A stretch of 63,546 nt of DNA, counting the filler, from Chiloscyllium plagiosum (Eukaryota), in the NCBI RefSeq assembly GCF_004010195.1. It is 4 parts of one record of this genome, joined end to end, with 100 filler letters (N's around TTAATTAATTAA, not from the genome) between each part and the next. Parts side by side here need not be neighbours in the genome. Positions count along the whole stretch, not along the records: positions 17,474 to 28,362 come from NC_057710.1; positions 28,463 to 41,231 come from NC_057710.1; 2 more parts are not named here. One strand, 5' to 3'. The notes below the pieces were generated by a model, which was given only the letters and a program-made list of their open reading frames with translations, was not told the origin of the DNA and ran no database searches. Positions 24,420 through 36,360 of this stretch are shown piece by piece (within the stretch, counting starts at the first letter, position 1; each line of letters opens with the position of its first letter). Position numbers and translations under genes: made by a program.

Positions 24420-26430
24420 TTGTGATAAATTTGATTGGAATCAAATAATAAGGAAGTAATAACACATTTGAAAACTCATAAATAATCAAACAGAGTCACT
24501 GCAGCTTCATGAAACGAAAATCATGCCTGACTAATTTCTTAGAGATTTTCAACTATTTCTCAACAAGAGTGGATAGAGGGGAGCCAGCGAGTGTGTTGTA
24601 TTTGGACTTGACAACAGGTTAAGTCATAAGATAAGAGCGTATGGTGTTGGAGGTAATGTATTGGCGTGAATAGAGAATTGGCTAATGGGTAGGAAACAGC
24701 TAGTTGAAGGATTCTTTCTTTCAGGTTATCAACTTGTAACCAGTGGGGTTCCACAGTGATCAATATTGGGGCTGTAACTGATTTGGAGGGAGGAAGCAAA
24801 TGTACTGTAGCCAGGTTTGCAAACGGCACAGAAACACAGGTTGTTCTGCTATAACATACATTTTTTCAGTGTGAGTTGCCTGTAATGCAATTGACAAATT
24901 GTGGATTTTGTTTGGATAACACTGATATAGCAATTTTCTATAAGCAATCTTCTGCAGTGCGATTTTCTATAGCGGTTTTCCATATAGGGATTTTCTATAG
25001 CACTAGGTTGCTGAGGAACACAACTGTTGTGTTGTAGCAGAACAACCTGAAGGTGGAATGGCAGATTGCAAAAGGGAATCGAGTAGTTTACAGAGAGTCA
25101 TTGGTAGATTAAGTAAGTGGGCAAAATATTGGCAAAATGGAAAAGGTGAAGTTCATTTTTGAAGGGAGAATAAAAGGCAGTATCATTTAAATAGAGTCAT
25201 AGAGATGTACAGCACGGAAACAGACCCTTCGGTCCAACCCGTCCATGCCAACCAGATATCCCAACCCAATCTAGTTTCACCTGCCAGTAGCTGGCCCATA
25301 TCCCTCCAAACCCTTGCCATTCATATACTCATCCAGATGCCTTTTAATGTTGCAATTGTACTAGCCTCCTCCACTTCATCTGGCAACTCATTCCTTACAC
25401 GTACCACCCTCTACGTGAAAAAGTTGCCTTTTAGGTCTCTTTTATATCTCTCCCTAAACCTCTAGTTCTGGACTCTCCCGACCCCAGGGAAAAGATTTTG
25501 TCTATTTACCCTATCCATGCCCCTCATGATTTTATAAACCTCTAAAAGGTTACCCCCCAGCCTCTGACGCTCCAGGGAAAACAGCCCTAGCTTATTCAAC
25601 CTCTCCCTATAGCTCAAATCCTCCAACCCTGGCAACATCCTTGTAAATCTTTTCTGAACCCTTTCAAATTTCACAACATCTTTCCGATGAGAGTGAGACC
25701 AGAATTGCACACCATATTCCAGCAGTGCCTAACCAATTTCCTGTACAGCCACAATATGACCTCCCAACTCTAGCTACAACACAAAGGGAGTTGTGTAAGA
25801 CACAAAGATAGCATACAGTTGCAACAGGTAATCAGCCAGCCTAATGGAAGTTGGCCCTTATTTTTCCGGGGTTGAGGTATAAGAGTAGGCAAGTCTTACT
25901 GCAATTGTACGAAGTGTCGGTGAGATCACATATGGTCCCTTATTTACGGAAAGGTATCAATTCATTGGAGGTAATTTAGAGAAGGTTCACCTGGTATGGA
26001 AGGATTGTCTCTGAGCAAAGGCTAAACGGGTTGGGACTCCACTCACTGGAATTTAGAAGAATGAGAGGTAATGCCATTGAAACATAAAGGATTCGTAAGG
26101 AGCTTCACAGGGTAAATGCTGAGATGACTTTTCCCCTTATGGGCAAATCTAGGACGAGAGGGTATAGTCTCAGAATGACAATTTAAGACTGAGATGAAGA
26201 AAAATTTCTTCTGAGAGGATGGTGAATCTTTGAAACCCCTAGCCACAGAGCTGTGGGTGTTGAATCCTTATGTGTATTAAGGCTCAGGTAGATATTTGAT
26301 CAATACAGGTGTCAAGGGTTACGAGGATAATGCAGGAAAGTAGAAATGGGAAATGTCCGATCAGACATTATCCTATAGCAAGTCAGAGCAGGCTTGAGGG
26401 GCTGGATGACCTATTCCTGTTTGTGTTCTT
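24420..26430 (+). mobile_element. Decayed CR1 ORF2 and 3' end, with a nested MITE and a nested minus-strand CR1 (about 25192-25770)
   Basis: RT-like segments resume on both sides of the insertions. The nested copy gives ORF 25462-25710 (-). Confidence 0.75.
24837..25049. mobile_element. Tc1/mariner-pogo-like MITE, 213 bp
   Basis: 19-bp terminal inverted repeats caggttgttctgctataac / gttgtagcagaacaacctg with one mismatch. Confidence 0.8.
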
Positions 26431-26575
26431 ATTCTGATATAATTTTTTTTTTTCCCTTTTACCTTAACTATCTTATTTTCACTGAGAGATTGGAAATAAC
26501 ATATTGGAAATTGTGAATTAGAAATGAAAGGACATGGTGGATAATTTATGCTGTTTCCTTTCAATTATGTTTCAG

Positions 26576-26673
26576 GGCCAAAGGAAGAAACTGTGAATGA
26601 TTTCTGGAGGATGATATGGGAGCAAAACACAGCAACAATTGTCATGGTGACAAACCTAAAAGAGAGAAAAGAG
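26576..26673 (+). CDS. PTPRA: PTPRA internal exon (PTP domain D1)
   Basis: Acceptor atgtttcag|GG and donor GAG|gtaata; 98 nt encoding (G)[32 protein letters not shown]. This matches PTPRA as I recall it, not PTPRE (PKQETV..MVWEQKS..MLT). Confidence 0.95.
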
Positions 26674-27151
26674 GTAATACTGTCATGACATTATTTGGGA
26701 TCAGTGATGCATTTCACGTGAGAAATATATGCCCTTTCTTCGATTTGTCTCAGTCAAAGAGAGATACCTGAGGAGGTACGTTATCTAAAGACATTAAATG
26801 CACATAAAACATTTATAAAATGATCAAATAAGCAAACTGTACATAGTCCTGAGACCAACAAACAGATCATTCTTACTTTCTGTATACAGAAAAGTTTACT
26901 CCTTGTATCAAAGTTCATTTTCTGGAAAACTGGATTTGTTGTGAGCATTCTAAGGGCAAACTTTGATTAAAGTAATAATTACCATGTATTTTTCTTTGGG
27001 ATCTTTGGCTTGCATACTTCGTATCATGCTCACACTGAAATTCATAGCCATATCACTCAGTTATGTGATAGACAAAATGTCTTTTTAGTTTTTCCACAGC
27101 AGCATGTCCTGATGAATGCCATTTGTGTTGTTCCTGCATAGCAACAGCATG

Positions 27152-27220
27152 AAATGGCTGGCTTCACTTGTTGCTCAATTTGATAGTCTCGTCCTAGTAC
27201 TTAACGTCTTGACAAATAAA
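27152..27220 (+). repeat. 69-bp exact direct repeat, copy 1 (copy 2 at 27741-27809)
   Basis: aaatggctggcttcacttg...cgtcttgacaaataaa is identical at both positions. Confidence 0.95.
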
Positions 27221-27809
27221 TTTAAAAATAACAGATGAGTTGGCTAGATGGCTAGTGTAGTTCAGAATAATATCACCGCTGACATGGCTTCAGTTCCAAT
27301 TCAAATTAGGGTAGACTTGGAACATGCCTCCAACACTAACCAGAGCTACCAAGAAAAACTGATCAGGATCAACAATCAGCAGACAATAATTAGGCCAGAA
27401 TTTCTGAAATGGATTTCAAGTTTCACTTTGTCCAATAGCAGCATTCATCCACTTGACAGCATTACAAATTTTATAATTAAGTGTTCAGAATTAGATTAAG
27501 TATCAGTTGTAATTTAATGTGTTTATCAAAAAGGGCAAATGTTTATTAGAATACATAAAATGTCGGCAATGGACAAGTGACCAAAATAGAAAAAGATACG
27601 ACTTGCATGTAATTATTTATCAAAAGTACCTGATATCTGGAAAGCTATGCCGTTAAAACATATGGAAGAATATCCAATCCAACAAATCAAGCTGAACTTC
27701 TTGAAACCATTGTTGGTAAGTTTGAGGTCTACACAGTTCTAAATGGCTGGCTTCACTTGTTGCTCAATTTGATAGTCTCGTCCTAGTACTTAACGTCTTG
27801 ACAAATAAA

Positions 27810-28362
27810 GTGTAATCGGCAGGGATGCCATCGACGTCCCTGCCGATTACACTTGCAGGAAGTGCACCCATCTCTAGCTCCTCCAAGACCGTGTTAGGGA
27901 ACTGGAGCTGGAGTTGGATGAACTTCGGATCATTCGGGAGGCAGAGGGGGTCATAGATCAGAGTTATAGGGAAGTAGTAACTCCAAAGATGGCAGATAGA
28001 TGGGTGACAGTGAGGGGGACTGGGAGGAAGCAGCCAGTGCAGGGACCCCCTGCGGCCGTCCCCCTCAAGAACAAGTATACAGTGTGGGATACTTGTGGGG
28101 GGGATGACTTACCAGGGGTAAGTAACGGGGCTCAGGTCTCTGGCACGGAGCCTGTCCCCGTTACTCAGAAGGGAAGGGTGAAGAAGAGCAGAGCAGTAGT
28201 AATTGGGGACTCGATAGTTAGGAGCACAGATAGGCGGTGTTGTGGGAACGAGAGAGACTCACGTTTGATATGTTGCCTCCCAGGTGCAAGGGTACGTGAT
28301 GTCTCTGATCGTGGTTTCGGGGTCCGGGAGGGGGAGGGGGAGCAGCCCGAAGTCGTGGCCCA
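27810..28362 (+). mobile_element. CR1 ORF1 fragment (coiled coil and start of the SGNH esterase) running into the gap
   Basis: ORF from 27914 (ELRIIREAEGVID..VVIGDSIVR..CCLPGARVRDV). Confidence 0.88.
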
Positions 28363-28462
28363 NNNNNNNNNNNNNNNNNNNNNNNNNNNNNNNNNNNNNN
28401 NNNNNNTTAATTAATTAANNNNNNNNNNNNNNNNNNNNNNNNNNNNNNNNNNNNNNNNNNNN
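28363..28462. other. Assembly spacer
   Basis: 44 N + TTAATTAATTAA + 44 N. Confidence 0.98.
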
Positions 28463-28840
28463 CCCGAAGAGTGCTAGCAAACCTACCCTCCAGGATATTG
28501 GTGCCCTTCTGGTTCAGGTGCAACCCGTCCTGTTTGTACAGGTCCCACCTTCCCCAGAATGCAGTCCAATTGTCCAAATATCTGAAGCCCTCCCTCCTAC
28601 ACCAGCCTTGCAGCCACGTGTTCAACTGCACTCTCTCCCTATTCTTTGCTAGAACACACCCACTCAAATACTAATCACTTACCTTCCCAACCTCACTTCC
28701 GCCCAGCTATGCGCTCCAACCTCACTTCCGCTGCTCCCACTCAAATGACCGTTGGTGATTAAAGGGTGAGTATTTATACTCACAGTTCTCCTTCCCGGCT
28801 GCCCCTCTGTTTGCCGTCACTTCCTCTGCTGCTCCCATTA
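28463..28840 (-). mobile_element. CR1 ORF1 C-terminal piece fused to a probable CR1 5' UTR
   Basis: ERVQLNTWLQGWCRREGFRYLDNW..DGLHLN (28463-28650), preceded by GC-rich sequence with repeated GGAAGTG. Confidence 0.7.
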
Positions 28841-28844
28841 TTCA

Positions 28845-29110
28845 ATGGGAGAGTTGGTGCAGTTCACTACTAAAGGGAGGATTTGTGCAGGATTAGTAAT
28901 TTGGAGATTTGATGCAGGGCACGCCAAAATTAGAGGATTCTGGCAGTGGCCTACTAAATGGGAGAATTGTTGCAGGGAAACACTGAATGGAAGAATGGGG
29001 GCACAGTGAAATTAAATTAGAGAATTGGGGCATGGCATCAGTAAATGGGAGAATTAGATCTGGATGCCTCTAAATGGTAGAATTGGACTAGAGTATTAGT
29101 AAATGGAAGA
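28845..29110 (+). repeat. Degenerate tandem array of about 29-30 bp (taaatgggagaattggtgcaggg...), left part
   Basis: An aaatgggagaatt-like core recurs at about 30-bp spacing and continues at 33150-33820. Confidence 0.7.
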
Positions 29111-32100
29111 GATCTTGGAGGAACCTTTTTGGAGAGGTCACAGCACAGAAACAGATAAGTATATCCTTGCTATAAATCTACAATAGTGAGTAGAGTGGAT
29201 TCTTTCTTAATATATGTTTTATTTGAGATATATCTCTTAATTAAACTTAAAAATATAAGCTAGAAGTATTAAGTTAGCCTGGAGCAGTGTTTAGTAGAGG
29301 AATAAGATGGTGTTATTTTCTGGGTTTGTAGATTGGAAAAAGCAAAAAAAAGGCCCTTAGTAGAATGATGTACTATTCTTGTCAGATGTGAGAGTTTAGG
29401 GAGAGTTTACGTGTTACTGAGGATTATACCTGCAATAAATGCCGTTGGTTGTGAATCCTACCAGATCAAATGGAATGGTAGGAGCGACAGTTCGAGGCAA
29501 TGAGGAATTTACAAGAGCAAGGGGACGTGATGGATGGCACTTATAGAAAGGGAGAAAAGTTACAGATACAGTCACAGAGATGGGTTAACTCCAGAAAAGG
29601 TAAGAGAAGTAGACAGGTAGTGCAAGACTCTTCTGTGGCTGTCCCCATTTCAAACAAATATGCTGTATTGTAAAATGTAGGGAGGGATGGATTGTAGCAC
29701 AAACAGCCAAGTTTCTGGTATCAAGACTGGCTCTAATGCAATGAGGAGTATATCAGGTTCCAAGTGATCGATTGTGTTAGGGGATTCTCTAGTCTGAGGT
29801 ACAGACAGATGTTTCTGTGGCCAGCAGCGAAAAATCAGAATGGTGTGTTGCCTCCCTGGTGCCAGGATCAAGGATGTCTCAGAGAGGGTGCAGAATGTTC
29901 TCACGGGGGAGAGGGGCCAGCAAGAGGTCATTTTCCACATTGGAACCAACAATATAGGAAGGGAAAAGGATGAGATTCTGAAGGGAGAATAAAGAAAGTT
30001 AGGCAGGAATTTAAAAAGGAGGTCCTCGAGAATAGTAATATCTGGATTACTCCTGGTAATACGAGCTGTGAGGGCAGGAATAAGAGGATAGAGCAGATGA
30101 ATGCATGGCTGAGGAGCTAGTGTATGGGAGAAGGATTCACATTTTTGGATCATTGGAATCTCTTTTGGGGTAAAGTGACCTGTACAAGAAAGACGGATTG
30201 CATCTGAATTGGAACGGGACAAATATACTAGCAGGGAAATTTGCTAGAGCTGCTCGGGAGGATTTAAAGTAGTAAGGTGTGGGGGTGGGGGTGAACCCAG
30301 GGAATGGGGTGGGACCCAAGGAGATAGTGAGGAAAGAGATCAATGTTAGACTGGTACAGTTAGGAAAAGATGTGAGTCAAACAATCAGGGCAGGCAGGAA
30401 CAAAGCAGAGACCAAGGTCGGACTGATAAATTAAACTGCATTTATTTCAATGCAAGAGGCCTAACAGGGAAGGCAGATTAACTCAGGGCATGGTTAGGAA
30501 CATGGGACTAGAATATTATAGCAATTACAGAAACAATGGCTCAGGGATGGACAGGACTGGCAGCTTAATGTTCCAGGATACAGATGCTACAGGACGGACA
30601 GAATGGGAGGCAAGAGAAGTGAGTGGCATTTTTGATAAGGGATAGCATTACTGCTGTACTTAGGGAGGATATTCCAGGAATATACTTGGGTGAAAGTGAG
30701 AAATAAAAAAGGGATAATTACCTTATTGGGGCTGTATTATAGACCCCTAATACTCAGTGGGAAATTGAGAAACAAATTTGTAAGGAGATCTCAGAATAAT
30801 AGGGTGGTTATGGTAAGAGATTTTAACTTTCCAAATGTAGACTGGGATGCCAGAGTATTAAGGGTTTAGATGGAGAGGAATTTGTTAAGTGTGTACAAGA
30901 ACATTTTCTGATTCAGTATGTGGATGTACCTACCAGAGAAGGTGCAAAACTTGACCTAGTCTTGGGAAATAAGGCAGAGCAGGTGACTGAGGTGTCAGTG
31001 GGAGAGCATTTTGGTGCCAGCGACCATAATTTCATTGGTTTTAAAATAGTGATGGAAAAGGGTAGACCAGATCTAAAAGTTGAAGTTCTAAATTGGAGAA
31101 TGTTCGCAGGTAAAGGGATGGCTGAAAAATGGGAAGCCTTCAGAAATGAGATAACGAGACAGTATATTCCTGCTGGAGTGAAAGGAAAGGCTGGCAGGTG
31201 TAGGGAATGCTGGATGACTAGAAAAAGTGAGGGTTTGGTTAAGAAAAAGCATAAGTCAGGTATAGACAGGATAGGTAGGGTAAATCCTTAGAAGAGCATA
31301 AAGGCTGTAGGAGTATACTTAAGGGAAAAATCAGGAGGGCAAAAAGGGGACTTGAGAGATTTGGCAAATTGGGTTAAGGAGAATCCAAAAGGTTTTTACA
31401 AATACATTAAGGACAAAAGAGTAACTAGGGAGAGAATAGGCACCTCAAAAATCAGCAAGGCAGCCAATGTGTGGAGCCACAGGAGATGGGGGAGATACTA
31501 AACAAGTATTTTGCATCATTGTTTACTGTGGAAAAGGACATGGAAGATATAGGATGTAAGGAAATAGATGAAAAATCATGAAAAATGTCCATATTACGGA
31601 GGAGGAAGTGCTGGACGTCTTGAAACACATAAAAGTGGATAAATCCCCAGGACCTGATCAGGTGTACCCTAGAACTCTGTGGGAAGCTAGAGAAGTGATT
31701 GCTGGGCCTCTTGCTGAGATATTTGTATCATCGATAGTCACAGGTGAGGTGCCGGAAGACTGGAGGTTGGCAAACGTGGTTCCACTATTTAAGAAAGGTG
31801 GTAAGGACAAGCCAGGAAACTATAGACCAGTGAGCCTGATGTCGGTGGTGGGCAAGTTGTTGGAGGGAATCCTGAGGGACAGGATTTACATGTATTTGGA
31901 AAGGCAAACACTGATTCGGGATAGCAAACATGGCTTTGTTTGGGAAATCATATCTCACAAACTTGATTGAGTTTTTTGAAGTAGTAACAGAGGATTGATG
32001 AGGGCAGAGCAGTAGATGTGATCTATATGGACTTCAGTAAGGCATTCGACAAGGTTCCCCATGGAAGACTGATTAACAAGGTTAGGTCTCACGGAATACA

Positions 32101-33150
32101 GGGAGAACTAGCCATTTGGAAACAGAACTGGCTCAAAGGTAGAAGACAGAGGGTGGTGGTAAAAGGATGTTTTTCATACAGGAGGCCTGTGACCAGTGGA
32201 ATGCCACAAGGATCGGTGCTGGGTCCACTACTTTTCATCATTTATACAAATGATTTGGATGTGAGCATAAGAGATATAGTATGTAAGTTTGCAAATGACA
32301 CCAAAATTGGAGGTGTCGAGGACAGCGAAGAAGGTTACCTCGGATTACAATGGGAACTTGATCAGATGGTCCAGTGGGTTGAGGACTGGTTGAGGTGCTG
32401 TATGTTAAGGTTGTAGGGAGTGTTGCTGAGCAAGCAAGGCCTTGGAGTGCAGGTTCGTAGATCCTTGAAAGTAGAATCGCAGGGGATAGGATAGCGAAGA
32501 AGGCATTTGGTATGCTTTTCTTTATTGGTCAGTGCATTGAGTATAGTAATTGGGAAGTCATTTTGTGGCTGTATAGGACATTGGTTAGACCACTGTTGGA
32601 ATATTGTGTGCAATTCTGGCCTCCTTCCTATCGGAAGAATGGTCTGAAACTTGGAAGGGTTTGGAAAAGATTTACAAGGATGTTGCCAAGATTGGAGGAT
32701 TTGAGCTATCGGGAGAGACTGAACAGGCTGGGGCTGTTTTCCCTGGAGTGTCGGAGGCTGAGGGGTGAACTTTGAGGGGTGAACTTATAGAGGTTTATAA
32801 AATCATGAGGGGCATGGATAGGATAAATAGACAAAGTGTTTTCCATGGGGTTGGGGAGTCCAGAACTAGAGGGCATAGGTTTAGAGTGAGAGGGGAAAGA
32901 TATGAAAGAGACCAAAGGGGCAACTTTTTCACAAAGATGGTGGTATATGTATGGAATGAACTGCCAGAGGAAGTGGTGGAGGCTGGTACAATTGCAACAT
33001 TTAAAAGGCATTTGGATAGGAATAGGAGGGGTTTGGCGGGATATGGGCCGGTTGCTGGCAGGTGGGACTAGATTGGGTTGGGATATCTGGACAGCATGAA
33101 AGAGTTGGACTGAAGGGACTGTTTCTGTGCTGTACATGTCTATGACTCTA
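29110..33150 (+). mobile_element. Near full-length, inactivated CR1/HER1-type LINE (ORF1 esterase; ORF2 endonuclease and RT)
   Basis: Contains HIGTNN, an APE start (CIYFNARGL), PTREGAKLDL, SDH, VPEDWRLANVVPLFKKG, YMDFSKAFDKV, QGSVLGP and FANDT, ending in a ctatgactcta tail. It has many stops and frameshifts. Confidence 0.93.
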
Positions 33151-33820
33151 ATTAGTATAGGAATATGGGCGATTTGGTGTACAGTGCCATTACATTAGAC
33201 AATTGTTGGGAGTGCCAATAAATTAGAGAATTGGAGCAGAGCATGTCTAAATCGGAGAATTCAGGCAGGGAATTAGTAAAAAGGAGAAATGTTGCAAGCA
33301 TCAGCAAATTAGAGATTTGGTTCAGCGCACCACTAAATGAGATCCATTTGATTTGGAAATCAATACGTGGAAGAAGTGTATCAGAGAACAATTAAAAGGG
33401 CATCAGGAATTGGAGAATTCATGCCGGTGTCACTGAATTCAAGAACTGGTGCAAGGTACTGGGGCAGGATAATGCTCAATGGGAGAGTTCCAGGATTGTA
33501 AATAGGAGAATTGGTGCAGGGCAGCCGAGCCAGAAATAGAGTCATGGAGATGTACAGCGTGAAAACAGAGCTTTCACTCGAATTTGTCCGTGCCTAAATT
33601 TAAGAATTCTGGCAGTTGACCACTAAATGGGAGAATCATTGCAAGGAACTACTAAATGCAAGATTTGGGCAAGGGCTTATCCAAATAGGAGAATTTGGAG
33701 CAGGGTGTCATACAATGAACGAATTGGTGCATTGTAGCAGTAAATGGGAGAACTTAGGCAGGACGATACTGGATGGGAGAATTAGAGGAGAGCACCCCTT
33801 AATGGGAGAATTGGGTTAGG
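33150..33820 (+). repeat. Degenerate tandem array of about 29-30 bp, right part
   Basis: Same ggagaattgg/taaatgggaga unit as 28845-29110. Confidence 0.7.
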
Positions 33821-33839
33821 GCATTTTGTCAGTTCTCAG

Positions 33840-34345
33840 ACAATCTCGCAGCACTGACTCTCCGACAAGTCACTGCCTCAGGACTGAACTTCAGACATTT
33901 CTTCACTTCTGACTTTCTGACAAGGAAGCACTCCCTCAGTACTAACCCTCTGAAGGTCCTTCACCACCACAGTGCTAACCTCTAATTATGTAGCACTCCC
34001 TCAATTCTGACCCCACTACAAAGAGGCACTGGCTGAGTATTGACCCTCTGTTTTTAATGCACTCCCTCAATGTCTCAGTGTAATGAGGTCAGAATTGAGG
34101 GCTAGCATATAATTAGAGAGTGAGGACAGAGGCAGTACTGAAGCACCGTCAGAGGGTTAGTACTGAGCGAGTACTTCCTTTTCAGAGGATCAGAACTGAG
34201 CAAGTGCCTTATTTTCAGAGTTTCTGTCTGGCACTAGAGTGTTAAAGGAGTTCTCATGATTGGGGGACCAGCTCTGTGGGTATTGCATCTCTATCATAGG
34301 GTCAGTCCTGAGGGAGTACTGGAATGTCAGTCCTGAGGCATTGCC
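33840..34345. repeat. Degenerate tandem array of about 32 bp (gcactccctcagtactgaccctctg) that flips orientation near 34075
   Basis: Units such as cactccctcagtactaaccctctg are followed by reverse-complement units such as agagggttagtactgagcgagt and agggtcagtcctgagggagt. Confidence 0.7.
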
Positions 34346-35031
34346 TCTTTCATAGAATCCCTACAGTGTGGAAACAGGTCATTTGGCCCAACAAGGCAAC
34401 ACCAACCCTCCAAATAGTAACCCACCTAGACATACTCCCCTACCCTATTTACCTACTCTACATTACCCTGACTGGGTAAAGAATTTCATTAGTTGGTATG
34501 TCAGTAACTGGCGTCACAATTTCAAGATTGAGCAAGAGAGCTAGAAATGAGGTGAGGAGAAACTCCTTTACTCAGAGAGTTGTTAGGACATGGAATATGC
34601 TTCCTGGGAGAGTGGTGGAAGCAGATTCCATTGGAGATTTCAAAAGAGAGCCGGATATATATTGGAAAGTGATGAAGTTACAGTGCTATGGAGATAGGGC
34701 TGTAGAGTGGGACTAGCTGAGTAACTCTTTTGGGAGTTGATACAGATATGATGGGTCAAATGGCCTCCTTCGGTACTGTAACATTCTATGCCTTCTAGGC
34801 AAAATGACCCCCACAAGCAAAAATAAGGTAAAGGAAGACACCTCAAAAGTAGTAAGGTCAGCATTTGTAGCGAGACCTGGAATAAGATCTCAGAAAGATT
34901 TGGATAATTATACTTGAAGAGGAATTCACGAATACAATGGAAGAAGGTTTCCCACTCTTGCTGTAGCAAAGGGTCTTGACAGGCTTGATGTGGACAGAAT
35001 GTTTCCTCTTGTGGCAGAGTTGAGAACGTTT

Positions 35032-35355
35032 GGGTGGCATGGTAGCTCAGTGGTTAGTACTGTTGCCTCACAGCGCCAAGGACCCGGGTTCAATTCTCAC
35101 TTTGGGCAACTGTCTGTGTGAAGTTTGCACATTCTCCCAGTGTCTGCTTGGGTTTCTCTGGGTGCTCCGGTTTCCCCCCACAATCCAAAGATGTGCAGGT
35201 CAGGTGAATTGGCCATGCTAAATTGCCTGTAGTGTTAGGTGCATTAGTCAGAGGTAAATATAGGGTGTGGGTCTGGGTGGGTTGCTCTTCGGAGGGTCGA
35301 TGTGGACTTGTTGGGCCAAAGGGCCTGTTTCCATACTGTAGGGCATCTAATCTAA
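35032..35355 (+). mobile_element. HE1-type V-SINE nested in a CR1 3' fragment
   Basis: Same head, V-domain and tail as 23537-23860. Confidence 0.9.
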
Positions 35356-35734
35356 CTAGCAGTCACTGTAATACCAGAAATCACTCATTTCAAACAGAAA
35401 TGAAGCAAACTTTCTTCTCTCAGATGGCAGAGAGTCTCTGGAAGTGCATTTCAGAAAAGATCGTGGAAAAAGTCCTTGAATATTTTTAAGGTTGAGGCAA
35501 ATAGCTTCTTGTTAAACAAAGGGTGAATGGTTACGGAGTAGGCAGAAAGGTGGATGTGAGGTTTCAATATGATCAGCCTGAACATTTTTCAATGATGCAG
35601 CAGGTTTGCGGAGCTAATGGCCCACTCCTGATCCTAATTCAAACCTAAGTGATTACAAAGTCCAATCTAGTCCTAACTACAAGAGATTTGAGTTTAGGAG
35701 TTACAATGTCTTACTGCAATTCCAGTTACCCTTG

Positions 35735-36360
35735 AGAAGGCCTTCTTGAATCGCTGTCGTGCATGTCCTGTAGGTTGACCCCAATGTTGTTAGGGAGGAA
35801 ATTCCAGGATTTTGATCCAACATTAGTATTGAAACAGCAATATATTTCCAAGTCAGAATTGGTGAATGGCCTGGAGGGGCATTTGCAGGTGGTGGTGTTC
35901 CCATGTATTTGCTGTCCTTGTCCTTTTAGATGGAAATGGTCATGGGTTTAGACAGTGCTGTCTAAGGAGTTTTGTTGAATTTCTGCAGTGCATCTTGTAG
36001 ACGGTACACACTGCTGTTACTGAGTGTTGGTGGCAGAGCGAGTGGATGCTTATTGGTGTAGTGCCAGGCAAACGGGCTGCTCTACCCTGGATGCTTTACC
36101 CTGAGTGTTGCACCCATCCAGGCAAGTGGAACATATTTTATCACACTCCTGACTTGTGCCTTGTAGATGGTGGACAGAATTTGGGGAGTCATGAAGGGAG
36201 TTACTTGCTGCAGTATTCCTAGCCTCTGACCTGCTCTTGTCATGTCTATGTGGGGAGTCAAGTTCATTTCTAGGACTTGATAGGGGTGGAATTCAGTGAC
36301 GGTAATGCCATTAAATATCAAGTTAGACTTATTGGAGATGGTCTTGGCATTTGTATGACT
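35735..36360 (-). mobile_element. Older CR1/L2-like LINE 3' fragment
   Basis: RAGQRLGILQQV..STIYKAQVRSVIKYVPLAW. Confidence 0.75.

Noticed and set aside
28845..34345. Roughly 30-bp periodic repeats as a CRISPR-like array
   Set aside because: The units are degenerate and contiguous with no unique spacers, there are no cas genes, and the DNA is vertebrate.
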